Positions 1-11,469 of a DNA stretch of 41,225 bases are shown here, piece by piece. The notes under the pieces were generated by a model. That model was not told the DNA's origin and ran no database searches. It saw nothing but the letters and a program-made list of their open reading frames with translations. This stretch comes from Chiloscyllium plagiosum. Taxonomy: Eukaryota. The stretch covers positions 1 to 41,225 of the forward strand of contig NW_025214654.1 in the NCBI RefSeq assembly GCF_004010195.1, given 5' to 3'. Both the position numbers and the translations under genes were made by a program. Each line of letters opens with the position of its first letter. Positions within the stretch are counted from its first letter, which is position 1.

Positions 1-452
1 ATCGGCATCACGTGGTCAGTCAGCTCGCGCACTGTCTGGAGAAGATCTTGGTGAAAGGTACAGTGCTGCAGTCAGTGACTGCAGTGTTAAAGTGTGACAT
101 TTACTGTACTAATTCATTACAATATACGCTTTAAAGATTTATGCAGCCTCGGTTTGGATGGAATGGATAAGGGTTGCTGAGGGATAGACCATAAATCGTT
201 TAATCTTTTTAATCTTTCTTCCCGTATGTGGGAGTATTGTCGGGACACTGCACTGTTGTATATGTTTCACCCTGTTTATAAAAGGGGGCATGAATAAAAT
301 AACAGACGAGCTGCATAAAATGTTTGCTGGAGAAGTTTCTAGATACCATTATCTAATGCTGTTCCAAGTTTGAAATTCCCTGCTATCAAGTCCTTTTCTA
401 ACCTTATGCCAACTTTCAGAGCATTGAAATTGCTGCTCAGGAACAGAGAGAA

Positions 453-578
453 ACAGGAGGTAGTCACACAACTGCTCGATACTGGGACACAGGGACAGGA
501 GACAGTCTTTCAACTGTTGGAGACTGGGACACAGGGATACGAGGTAGTCACTCAACTGCTCGAGACTGGGATACAGGG
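453..578. repeat. 42-bp tandem repeat, 3 copies
   Basis: Units start at 453, 495 and 537 (acaggaggtagtcacacaactgctcgatactgggacacaggg and variants). This explains the repeated peptide in ORF 370..903. Confidence 0.85.
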
Positions 579-599
579 AAATCTGGAGGCTACTGACGC

Positions 600-1190
600 C
601 CAAGATTTCTGTTTCCCAGGAACAGGAGGAGGTGACCCACTACCCACCAATGTGGGACACTGGGAGAAAAGGGAAATTGGCATGTTACTAACAGAAATTC
701 TGAATAAGTTGCATGAGCGAGCCATTCAATCCTGCTCCAACTTCTTCAAAATCATGACTGATCTGATTGCAATTCCCTCATCCCATTTTACAGAGATTCC
801 CCTCTCTGTAGTCTCTGCTCCATTTGTTGGTCATGTTGCAGATCCAGATACTGTAACTACAGTCACCATGTTTCATCCAGAGTTGGGTCACCAAAGCCTC
901 TGAATTTCCACAGCAGTTTAAAACATAGCCTTCCGGAAACCATCCCCAGCATTTCCACGAACGTACAAAAACTAGAGTTAAGTCAAATCTCAGTCAAATG
1001 CAAGTGAGAACCTGGTCTGAATCATTAACAGTTGTGGGGATTCCTCATGTTACTGAGCACATGAGCAGCAGAGAATGATTAACACAGGCATTCAATGGTA
1101 GGCACAGAGCAAGTTACAAAGATGTGCCTCAAAACTGCTAAAACCCCACTATCCAACATGGAGCACATGGAGCACAGGACACTGGCACAC
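600..1190 (-). mobile_element. Harbinger/PIF transposon 5' remnant plus flank (copy A)
   Basis: Aligns by eye with 13600-14080 and 38200-38510 (e.g. tgtaactacagtc...catccagagttgggtcaccaa), which continue into recognisable HARBI1-like coding sequence. Confidence 0.65.
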
Positions 1191-1409
1191 ACATAGAGAC
1201 AACACATGCACACAGACCCATATGGACACAAAGACACATTAGCATCTTTAGGATATAACTAGATAAGTTATGCTTAATAATGGGATCAAGGCTTGTTGTG
1301 AGAAGGCAGGAGAATTGGGTTGAAAAACATGTCAGCCACGATCAATAGCTCAGTCGAGTGGATGGGCCAAATGGCCTTTTATTCTGCTCTAATTATTTAC
1401 GGTCTATGG

Positions 1410-1590
1410 TACGTGCATTTGTCTGTGTTTGTGCGTATACTTTTGTGTGCATGTTTCTGTGTGTGACCGTGTTTTCGTGTCTGTGTTTTTGTGTGTTTGA
1501 GTGTGTCTGTGTGTACATGTCTGTGTGTGTGTATTTGAGTGTGCTTTCCTGTGTATGTATCTGTGTGTGTGTCTGTGTATGTTTGTGCTC
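1410..1590. repeat. degenerate (GT)n microsatellite
   Basis: TG-rich run. Confidence 0.9.
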
Positions 1591-1809
1591 CTCAGTATTA
1601 TTAGAAATGGAAATATCAATGTACATTTTTGTAATTTCTATTCTGTTTGACATTCACCTTTCCTTCATAATTTGAGGAACTTTGTTTTCGTCATGAATTT
1701 GTTATTTTAACAAATGAAGGAAATCAACCTGACCTCTTCCGAGGATGACCCTGACCCAATGTGAGACCTATAACATTGGCCATATCATCAACTTAGTTAC
1801 ACCGATAAT

Positions 1810-2670
1810 TTGCTGTGACCAATGGAAAAGTGGCTGTAGAAAAGAAAACAGTTACCCAACAACCGAAGGAACTCTGAACCAGTGAGCCTGACATCAGTGG
1901 TGGGTGAGTTGTTGGAGGGGATTCTGAGGGATAGCCAATTGCATGCATTTTCACAGGCAAGGATTGATTGGGGATAGTCACCATGGCGTTTTGCATGAGA
2001 AATTGTGTCATAATAATTTGACTGAGTTTGTTAAAGAGATGACAAAGAAGATTGATGAAGGCAGTGTTGTAGATGCTTTCCATACAGACTTGTTCGACAA
2101 TGTTCTGCATATTAGGCAATTTAGTAAGGTTAGGTCACGTGGGAACCAGCGCACCGACGCCAATTGAATACAAAATTAGATTGAAGGGAGGAGACGAGGG
2201 GAAAGATTTTAGAGGGAACTTAGACGCAATGTTTTCATACAGGGGGAGGTGTCCATATGGAATTAATTGCCAGAGGAAGTGGTGGAGTCTGGCATCTTGA
2301 TGGGTATCTGAATAAGGAGGTTTAGAGGAATATGAGCTAAATGTTGTCAAATCAGATTCGATCATAATGGGATGTCTGGTCAACACTTACACATTTGCAT
2401 GCTATATGACTCGATAAGAGGGATGAGCAGAAATTCTAAACAGGCAATTCTCTTCCCCACAAGTTTGAGATGTTTCTTTGTTTATCTTTATTCAACGCTG
2501 AGTTAGTTAAATATTGGACAGAGAAGTGTTTCTTGGATAAAGGCACACAGACAGGGAAGTGGAGCTGAGACCACAACCTGATCAGCCACAATCTTAGTCC
2601 CTGGTAGAGAAGGCTCCAAGTGCCCAATGACTCACTCCTGCTCCTCAGTCCCATGTTTCTGTGTTCCATT
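1810..2670 (+). mobile_element. CR1 LINE fragments (RT region and two 3' ends)
   Basis: Translation QGLIGDSHHG...NLTEFVKEMTKKIDEGSVVD matches CR1 ORF2, followed by CR1-type 3' UTR sequence ending in ...actcctgctcc...catgtttctgtgtt. Confidence 0.8.
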
Positions 2671-2769
2671 CAGCCCATCAAACCTGCTAGACCGGAGCAA
2701 TTAGAGGCTAGCTACTCCTTACACAGAAATAGAGGAGACCATTCAGCCCCTCAAAACTGTCAAACCCAG

Positions 2770-2980
2770 TTTGGTTTGGTTTGGAAAGTGTAATTGGAAA
2801 ACCCAGGCTGCGGTATGAAAGAGGCTCCTCATCACTCATAACTGAGCTTCCCCTTTCTGCAATTTGTTCTTCGTTTGTAGGTCAAGTTGTAGACCCAGTT
2901 TCACTGTGAGTACAGCCCCCATTCCTCACCCAGAGATGGTCCAGACAATCTGGTAATATTCAATAACAGACCTTCCAGGA
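2770..2980 (-). mobile_element. Harbinger transposase 5' remnant (more diverged)
   Basis: Minus strand atgggggctgtactcacagtg...tgcagaaaggggaagctc parallels atgtggactgtagttacagc...tgcagagaggggaagctc in copy B. Confidence 0.5.
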
Positions 2981-3109
2981 AAAGAACAGCCTCTACTTTC
3001 CAATAATAGAATGTGAAAACGCCATAAACAGGATATGTCATCCATCCACAAGCCACGCCACCACCAACCCGCCCACCACCACCCCTTCCCGCAAACATGT
3101 CTTCACCCA

Positions 3110-3640
3110 CAATGAGGTTTAATATCCTCTTTCATGTCCAATTCTTCATAGCCCTCAACTCTGGTCAAAAAGCACTTCCTGCCCCCACATTGTGACCTAT
3201 TGATATGAGCAAAAGACGTGAACACAAGGGCTCAGGGAAGAGTGACCGGCCCTGACATCAAGGCATCATTTAACTAAGGACGGTCTCAAGGAGCCTGAAC
3301 AGAATTGCACTTAATGGGAATGAGGTGTAAGCTTCCCTGGTTAGAGTGATTTAAAGCATAAAGTACAATGATTGTGGCTTGTGTACAAAAGTCCATGCAG
3401 TCCTGGACATGTCTGCAAAAGATCCTCAAGATGGCTTCCTCAGCACAAACATCTTCAGCTGCTTTATAAATGTCTTGCCCCTACCATAAGATTAGAAGTG
3501 AGGGTGTTCACTGAAGATCACACAATATTCAGGGAAAATGTCCCCCTTCAGCTCCTGAACTAATCTGTGTCCATGTGCAGCAAGACCAGGACAACATTCA
3601 GGGTTGTGCTGTTGGAAGTATCGGTAACATTCATGTAGCA
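3110..3640 (+). mobile_element. CR1-group LINE RT fragment (second family)
   Basis: gccctgacatcaaggcatcattt (xDIKASF, close to LDIKAAFD), catcttcagctgctttataaatg (IFSCFIN) and gtgttcactgaagat (FTED, close to FADD). Confidence 0.75.
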
Positions 3641-4079
3641 GTGCTGCTGGACAGTGCACAATTCCACAGTTAAAAGGAGGAGATTATTCAACGCCTCACG
3701 CTGGCTTCACAGGAATATAAGCAAGTTATTCAGCTTAATTAAATTATTTGAGAAGTGTCGAGAAGTGCCTCCAACCAATTACACGGGAAGAGAAGGAGTC
3801 ACGTGTTATGGACGACAGCAGAGTCCCTCAAAAATATTTGAAGGCGTTGGCCTAGCCTCTATTAATAATTAACTGTTCTGATACAATAATATCCCTAAAA
3901 ATATGTACTTGGCAAAAAGGAAAAATCAGACACAGATTCTCAGATGCAGTTCTACAATCGAGGAGGGAAAACAAATCAAGTGAAAATTGAGAGAGAGTTG
4001 CAGCCAGGAGACTTCCACTGAAGCTTCCAATTCCGTGGAGACCTCAATAGCTTCTGATGTTACTGAGAAACCAAACCAC

Positions 4080-5100
4080 TTGCTGTAATGTGGCTGCCAG
4101 AACTGCACACAGTATTCTATCTATGGCCTAACCAATGGCATGTTTAACTCATATTATGTCGCCTCGATGAATGAACACTATGCCTACAGTCCCGTTTGAT
4201 TTCTTAACTGGCTATTAAACTGTCCAGTCACATTCACGGATATGTGGAGAAACCCACTCCACATTCACATTTACATGATTTATGTATACCACAAATAATT
4301 AGATACATTGCACTGCTCGCTGTGGTACACCACCAGATACTGGTCTATTTCTACCACCTTTCCAGTAACTTGGGACCACATAGCTGTTCTTCAGTCCTCT
4401 AGTACCTCCCTTGAGTGGTCAGTTTAGACTTAAACATTTAGGTCAGGACATTTCCTCTCTTGTCTCCAACAGCATCCTGCGATACAACACATTTGGACTT
4501 TACATCATCTAAAATCATCAATCCCAACTTGCATCTTATATCAAACTGTTCGAGGGCTTTCCAGTCCATCTTCTTGAATTCTGTACCTACATCTTCCTTC
4601 TCCCAAATAAAACAGATGTGAAGCTCTCATGTCACAGTCTATGAACGTTCCCCTGTTTCGCATACTGATTACCCCCATGGTTTCGAAATGGGTCCTAATT
4701 TTTCCCTGGTTCAGCTTGATGTTTTTGCAGAACATCTTGGGTTCCCCCTAACTTTGCCTGCTGCATTTGTTCATTCCCCTGTCTGAGTCAGTCTGCTGTG
4801 GGTGAATTTTCTAAGTTTTCCTGAGATCACCTCTCATTCTTTGAAACAGTACAGAACACAGGTATAATCTCATCCACACTGCATGCAATCTGTGCAGAAC
4901 GCCTTTACATCGATATTCCAATTTCCGTTAACTGAAGGCCAACTTCACTTTTACCTTTCCATTTCCAAAAGTCACCCCGAACCACGTTGGTTCAATTTTA
5001 TTTACTTTTCACTTTCTGAACTCTTACACATCCACTTGAATATCTAATATATCAAATCCAATAGATCTCCACTGTCTCCCCCTACAAAACACATCTTCAA
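4080..5100 (-). mobile_element. old CR1 fragments
   Basis: Minus-strand MQFWQPHYSK (close to VQFWSPHYRK); 4540-4860 is homologous to 33225-33555. Confidence 0.65.
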
Positions 5101-5233
5101 ACCATTTCAAAAAGCTCTGCACCAGAAGCCAGACAAAGTGATGCATTCACCCTCTCTTTCTTCCCTATTGTGATAAAATTGGTCGTTTTTGATCCCCAGT
5201 ATTGCTCTCTGCCATTTTAAGTGAGGAAGGAAA

Positions 5234-6070
5234 ATGACTAAGGGAAAAGAACCACGAGAAACACAACCAGCAGCGCACAGCAGCAATGGATACATCCGCC
5301 GCGGTGACGTCAGCCTCTGCCAACGCCCCAGGGGACTTATCTGTGGAGTAGAGCCTGGTCTCGGATTTCAGAGCCTGCGAGAGAAGATTGATTCAGCGAT
5401 GGAGGAGACCCAAACTCGGCTAGAAACTGCAGAAGCAGGACCAGGAGACGATGAGTCCCGGGCCGTGCAGTGTCAAGGTGGAACAGCAGACTGCGGCTTC
5501 GGAAACCATGGCAGAATCCTCGGCGGGTCGGGTCCAAGCCCTGGAGTGGTAGGTTACGGCTTTAATAGAGTAGGTCGACGACCTCGAAAATCGGGGCGGT
5601 CAGAAGAACATCAGCCTGGTCGGGCTGCAGGAACGAGAAGAAGAAGGCTAGCTCTTCAGCTTCTTGGAGCAATGGCTCATACAATATTTGAAGCTGGAAG
5701 TAAGGGCAGACTGGGTGCGCGTCGAGTAGGCCCAGCAGGTCGCAGTGTGCAAGCCTGGATCGGACCAGCGTCCCTACCCGGTCCAAGTGCAATTCCAGCA
5801 CATAGTGAAAAAAAAAGTGCTGTCAGCTTCTCGATCTCTGGGGAAGGATCCATAGGCTCTGATCTACAAAGGATCACGAATAATGTTTTTCGAAGACCTT
5901 TCTACGGCTGTGTCCGCAAGAAGCAGGCCTTTGATAAGGTAAAAAGGAGACTGAGGGATGTGAATAATCTGGTAGGATATCCGACAATCTTATGTTTCAG
6001 CCATGGAAGGTCTGTGTTTAATTTTGACTCACCGGAAAACGCAAAGAACTTCCTGTACACCTTAAAATAG
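5234..6070 (+). pseudogene. L1 ORF1 (RNA-binding protein), frameshifted
   Basis: Across frames: VDDLENRGGQKNISLVGLQEREE...KGSRIMFFEDLS...KKQAFDKVKRRLRD...YPTILCFSHGRSVFNFDSPENAKNFL*, which are typical L1 ORF1 RRM/CTD motifs. Confidence 0.85.
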
Positions 6071-8169
6071 ACTGGCTGGTTCAAATAATATGGACAATTA
6101 TATTCTCTTTGATTTCTCTGGGGTTTGCCTGGTTTACCTCCTTTTTTTAGTATGTGGATGTCCCATTTTTTTCCCTTTTCTCTCTACTCCTTTCTTCCTC
6201 CATTCCCATTATCCTTTGTTTTTCTATCATTTGCTTTTCACTTCTCTCACTTAGCTCGGAATGGGAAAGGGGGATTGGGGGTAGTGGGATTGGTTACATT
6301 TTGTTTCACCAGGACTGCCTCAGATCAAAGTATGGATGGGACGGATTGAATTCCCACTTTTAATTTTCTTGTTGTAAGATGCATACAACTTTTTAAAACT
6401 TTGTTTTGCCTGGGTTTGGGGAGCAGCTTCAGCTAGGAGGACCCATGGGGGATTAATGGGTAATATGAACACCGTCTGCCGGAAGGGGGAAAGTCTCTGT
6501 TATATGTCGGTTCATTGTAGAAATAGTTGTTAGAAGTTTGGTTTGGATGTTATTGTAGTTATATCTTCAAGTTTTTAATAACTGTTTACTGCTTTCACTT
6601 GACGTGCCATAAATGGGGTTCTTCTCCTAATGGGTCATGGGCTGCTTCGGATGGCGATGGTTAACCGCTCGTTTAAATGGTGCACCTGGAGTCACTCACT
6701 GATTAAGAGAAAAACATACTTTCAAGCCTCAGAAAGGAAGGGGTCGATGTAGCCTTGCTACAAGAAGCATATCTAACTGCTAAGGAACACTTAAAGTTAC
6801 AGCAGGGAAGATTCGGCCCGGTGTTTATTTCATCCTTTAATTCCAAAAGTAGAGGAGTAGCTTCACTCATTGATACAAACCTGTCCACTTCAGTTGTTTG
6901 ACCAAATTAAGGAAGATCGTGAGTGGTTTCTGATCCTTAAAGCTTTGATACATGGAGAAGAATATGGGACATTGTATAATATTGTCCCCAGCACCCACCC
7001 TCAAATTTCTAATGGTTGTAATCTCCAGGTGGATGACCATTGGGGAACATCGTACAATTAAAGGGGAGACTTTAACCGACTTATGGACCCTGAAATGGAC
7101 AGGACGTCAAGGGATCTCACGGGTATTTCCCCGGCATCAAGGCAGCTAGTGGACTTGAACAGGGAGCTGCGTTGGTGGACGTTTGAGATGTCTTCACCCT
7201 GAAGGTTGGGATTTCACCTTTTTTCCAACCCACATAAGTGCTATACCAGAATTGACATATTTTTTGCCCCATTGGCCTTTTTAAATTCGATGCTGCTTTG
7301 CAAAATTCTGATCATGCAGCAGTGTACGTGGATGTTAAGGCCGATGGCGATGGGACAGGCTCGCAGCACTGGCACATGGATCCTTGCCTCCTGAAAGATA
7401 GCAAATTCATTGAGCACTTTTCGCGGGAATTTAAGTTTTTATTGGGACATTAACTTGGGTACCGCCAGTAATCCGTCGGTGTTCTGGAAGACTGCCAAGG
7501 CCTATGCAAGGGGTTTGATTATTTCTTACTTGGTGACTCGGAAGCGGCAGAAGGGAAAGCAGTAGCACATGCTTAAGGCTTAGCTAAAGGCAGCTGAGAC
7601 AGCATACTTTGACAGACTGTCTGCAACTAAGTTGCAGGAGAATACAGCCCTCCGGGCTGCTCTGAATACTGCGCTCACCCAGAAAGCAAAGAGGGAGATT
7701 TCCTTTGCGAAACAGAGATTATTCAACTCTGGTGCTAAATTGAGAAGGCGCACTTGGCCAGAAAGAAGAGTGCCCGCATACTACTACATCCATTAGAGAG
7801 GGTGCTTGGATATATTCAATTATTTTTATAGACAGGACTACCTCCCATCCTCTCAGAGAGAAGCAAATATTCCTCTTCTTCTCAAGAGAAGGAAAGCATT
7901 GGAGGATTGCGTATTCGTATAGACCTATGTGGACTTTAAAATTTTGTCGAAAATACTAGCGTTGAGGCTGGAGAAGATATTTTCCTTCATTGTGAAAGAG
8001 GACCAGACAGGTTTTATTAGGAGTTGCAGGTCCTCTATTAATATTATGAGAGTGCTAAATATGGTTCAGGTGTGGCAGCAAGCTCGATTCCAGGCTTGGT
8101 AGTCTCGATGGATGCAGAGAAAGCATTTGATTGGGTGTAGTGGCCATACCTCTTTTATGTCTTGGAACT

Positions 8170-8341
8170 TTTTGAGGAGAAAGTGAGGACTGCAGATGCT
8201 GGCGATCAGAGCTGAAAATGTGTTGCTGGAAAAGTGCAGCAGGTCAGGCACCCTGAAGAAGGGCTTATGCCCGAAACGTCGATTCTCCTTTCCCTGGATG
8301 CTGCCTGACCTGCTGCGCTTTTCCAGGAACACATTTTCAGC
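8170..8341. mobile_element. short Penelope-derived hairpin insertion with 14-bp TSD
   Basis: tatgtcttggaact at 8156-8169 and 8342-8355; inverted arms at 8210-8250 and 8302-8342. Confidence 0.85.
8253..8280 (+). ncRNA. minimal hammerhead-ribozyme-like core
   Basis: CTGAAGA-A-GGGC ttat GCCC-GAAA-CGTC: both conserved core boxes, a 4-bp stem II and a GUC cleavage triplet. Stem I is poorly formed. Confidence 0.6.
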
Positions 8342-9065
8342 TATGTCTTGGAACTGTTTGGCCTTGGAGGTGTTTTTGCCTGGTGGATGGCAGAATTATA
8401 TAGTGACGTTAAAGCAGCAGCAGTTCTCACTAATGGTGTAAGGTCTAATGGTATAATTTTAGCATCGGCAGAGGCAGCCATTATTATTTGCATTGGTGAT
8501 TGAGTCGTTGGCAGAAGCCATCCAGAGCGGTCCCAATATAACTGAATGGGTGGTAGAGTCAGGAAGGCATAACATCATCGTTTACACAGATGATGTTCTT
8601 CTCTCTCTCACTAACCGTATGATATATTTGCCCCGTTTAGTTGAAGTGATTGATTTATTTGAATCTTTCTCGGGGTATAACATCAACTTTATGAAATCGG
8701 ATGCCATGCCTGTTGGGGTGTTATTCGAGTACCTGATCGTGGGGGTGCAATCCGATTCCCTTTCAGATGGTCACAATGAGGTTTCCTCTATTTAGGCATT
8801 TTTATCACACCGGTCTTCTGTCAATTATATAAAGCAAACTTCGTGCAGGTGCTCGAGAAGATAAGACAGGACCTTCCGCTCTGAGAAGATATTCCAATAT
8901 CCTGGTTGGGTAGAATACTTCCGGTTAAAATGAATGTACTTCCTCGTTTCTTCTATCCCATGCGAATAGTACTTTTGATGCTCTCCAGGCCAGTGCTATT
9001 GAGGCTTTACAGTTGGTTAAGCTCGTTTATCTGGCACCACAGGTGGCCTCTTATGAAGCTCACAA

Positions 9066-10325
9066 AATTGCAGCTTCTGCAGGAGATGCGGGGTGTGACT
9101 TTTCTGGGCTTCAACAAATACCAACTAAGTTCCCTGAAATCCTATGTGGCTGATTGAGGTTGCAAAGACCTGCGGTCAGTTTGGCTGGCCATTGAAGCAT
9201 CACAGCCAAAATGCCCCCTCATTAATCTGCTGTTCATGGACAAGATGATGACTGTTATGGACCATCGGAGAAAATCAATTGCCCTTAACATAGTTAAAGC
9301 CTGGAAAATGATGCGACAAAGTGAGGGCAATTTACAAAAATAAACTTCCCCTTTTAGTCCCATTGTAGGATTGGTAGGATCCCAGCTATGACTGATGTAT
9401 TATGGCTTTCGGCTCTGGGAGACGAGAGGAGTTTCCTGTTTGGGAGAATTATTTGACGTGGTGGTCAGGATGGCTTTTGTTTAGCTGAGCCAGAAATATG
9501 AATTATCTTGGAGGGGCCTGTTTCGTTGCTTTCAGATGAGAAATTTTATACAGAAAAAAAGATTACATTAATGGTTAGTCCCTATAAGTCGGAAATGGAG
9601 AGAAGAGTGCTTCGGTCCACATGTGCTCTCTCGGTCAGCAACCTGTATCATTTATTAGGAGATAGAATCTCAAAGGATATAGAGCGGCTCTATGGAATTG
9701 CAGCTTCTGCAGGAGATGCGGGGGGTGAATTTTCTGGGTTTTAACAAATACCAACTAAGTTCCCTGAAATCGTATGTGGCTGATTGAGCTTGCAAAGACA
9801 TGCGGTCAGTTTGGTTGGACATTGAAGCATCCCAGGCAAAATGTCCCCTCATTAATCTGCTGTTCATGGACAAGATGATGACTGTTATGGACCATCGCAG
9901 AAAACCAATTGCCCTTAACATAGTTAAAGCCTGGAAAATGATGCGACAAAGTGAGGGCAATTTACAAAAATAAACTTCCCCTTTTAGTCCCATTGTAGGA
10001 TTGGTAGGATCCCAGCTAGGACTGATGGATTATGGCTTTTGGCTCTGGGAGACCAGAGGAGTTTCCTGTTTGGGAGAATTATTTGACGTGGTGGTTAAGA
10101 TGGCTTTTGATTAGCTGAGCCAGAAATATGAGTTATCTTGGAGGGGCCTGTTTCGTTACTTTCAGATGAGGAATTTTATACAGAAAAAAAAACTACATTA
10201 ATGGTTAGTCCCTATAAGTCGGAAATGGAGAGAAGAGTGTTTCGGTCCACATGTGCTCTCTCGGTCAGCAACCTCTATCATTTATTAGGAGATAAAATCT
10301 CAAAGGATATAGAGTGGCTCTATGG
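9066..10325 (+). repeat. 630-bp tandem duplication inside L1 ORF2
   Basis: 9066-9695 and 9696-10325 align without gaps, with scattered substitutions and AAT microhomology at the junctions. Confidence 0.95.
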
Positions 10326-10829
10326 AATCTGGGCTCAGGAAGTGTGGGTGGATATCTCACCAGAGGAGTGGGAAGATGTTTGGGAGACCGTAAGGAAGAT
10401 TTCAATTTGCAATGGACGTAGGCTATGCAGTTTAAGGTACCCCACAGGGTTTAATTGACACCAGAGCAGCTTGTCAAATTTAAGACAGGAGAGTCACCAA
10501 TGTGCCCCAAATGTACAATAGATATTGGTGCTCTTACTTATTAACTGTGATCATGCCACAAGTTACTTAGGGATTGATGCACTATACCAAGAGTTTGGAA
10601 GGGATTTTGGGAACCGAGGTCAAGGCAACTCTGGTGCCTCTCCTCTTGGGTTCGCTGAACCTTCCCTCTTTAGACTTGCATCGGAAGAAATTGTTTAGTA
10701 TTCTTTCATTTTGTGGGAGGAAGAACATTCTGATGAACTGGGTTCCAGGAAACCTCCCAGGAATCTGATCATGGTGTTATGGAGCTCATGTCCTGGACAT
10801 CCTTACGAGTATGGGCACCAGAAAAAGGA

Positions 10830-11049
10830 GGTGAAAATGTGTTGCTGGAAAAGCGAAGCAGGTCAGGCAGCATCCAAGGAATAGGAGAATCGACGTTTCG
10901 GGCATAAGCCCTTCTGCAGGAAGGCCTGAAGAAGAGCTTATGCCCGAAACGTCGATTCTCCTGTTCCTTGGATGCTGCCTGACCTGCTGCGCTTTTCCAG
11001 CAACACATTTTCAGTTCCGATCTCCAGTATCTGCAGTCCTCACTTTCTC
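10830..11049. mobile_element. short Penelope-derived palindromic insertion with 14-bp TSD
   Basis: caccagaaaaagga at 10816-10829 and 11050-11063; 89-bp arms at 10832-10920 and 10925-11013, each with a hammerhead-like core. Confidence 0.9.
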
Positions 11050-11469
11050 CACCAGAAAAAGGAACATTGTTATAGGACGTAGCGGCCCTATTTCAACCAT
11101 ATGGACATGGTTTTATTGGCTATATTGGTCAGTGCATTTGTGTAATAGTGAGGGTTGTGTCTGGTGGCCCGGGGGTCTCTGAGAGGAATAATTCTGAACA
11201 AATACGGGTATGGCAACTCATGCGACCGGTGATGGGGAGCTTTGGTAAAATTGTGCTGGGTGTTGTAACTTCATGTAATTTAATTTAATTTGCCTTGGTT
11301 CAGCTCGGTTTAATCTATGTTTTGTTTTGATTTTGTTTTGACATCAGCCCATTGATTTTGTGCACAGGGAAGAGAATGAGTCTTTTCAGCCACTCATGCC
11401 TCTTACACAGCAACCAGAGTAGGTCATTTCACACCATGTGTCAATTATACAGGATTGGAGGGAATGAAG

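Larger units (their letters stand above)
6651..11150 (+). pseudogene. L1 ORF2 (APE endonuclease-reverse transcriptase), disrupted
   Basis: DVALLQEAYL, SKSRGVASLI, YTRIDIFF; DFKILSKILALRL, EDQTGFI, SMDAEKAFD, YTDDVLL; C-terminal CPKC...SC. It has many stops and frameshifts, a deletion near 7805, two insertions and an internal duplication. Confidence 0.9.
5150..11340 (+). mobile_element. near-full-length decayed L1-clade LINE
   Basis: ORF1 and ORF2 remnants in order (APE, RT, Cys-rich tail) separated by a T-rich spacer. No poly(A) or TSD resolved. Confidence 0.9.

Noticed and set aside
370..903. 177-aa ORF with repeated QEVVTQLLETGTQG
   Set aside because: Made of a 42-bp satellite plus the antisense strand of a Harbinger remnant.
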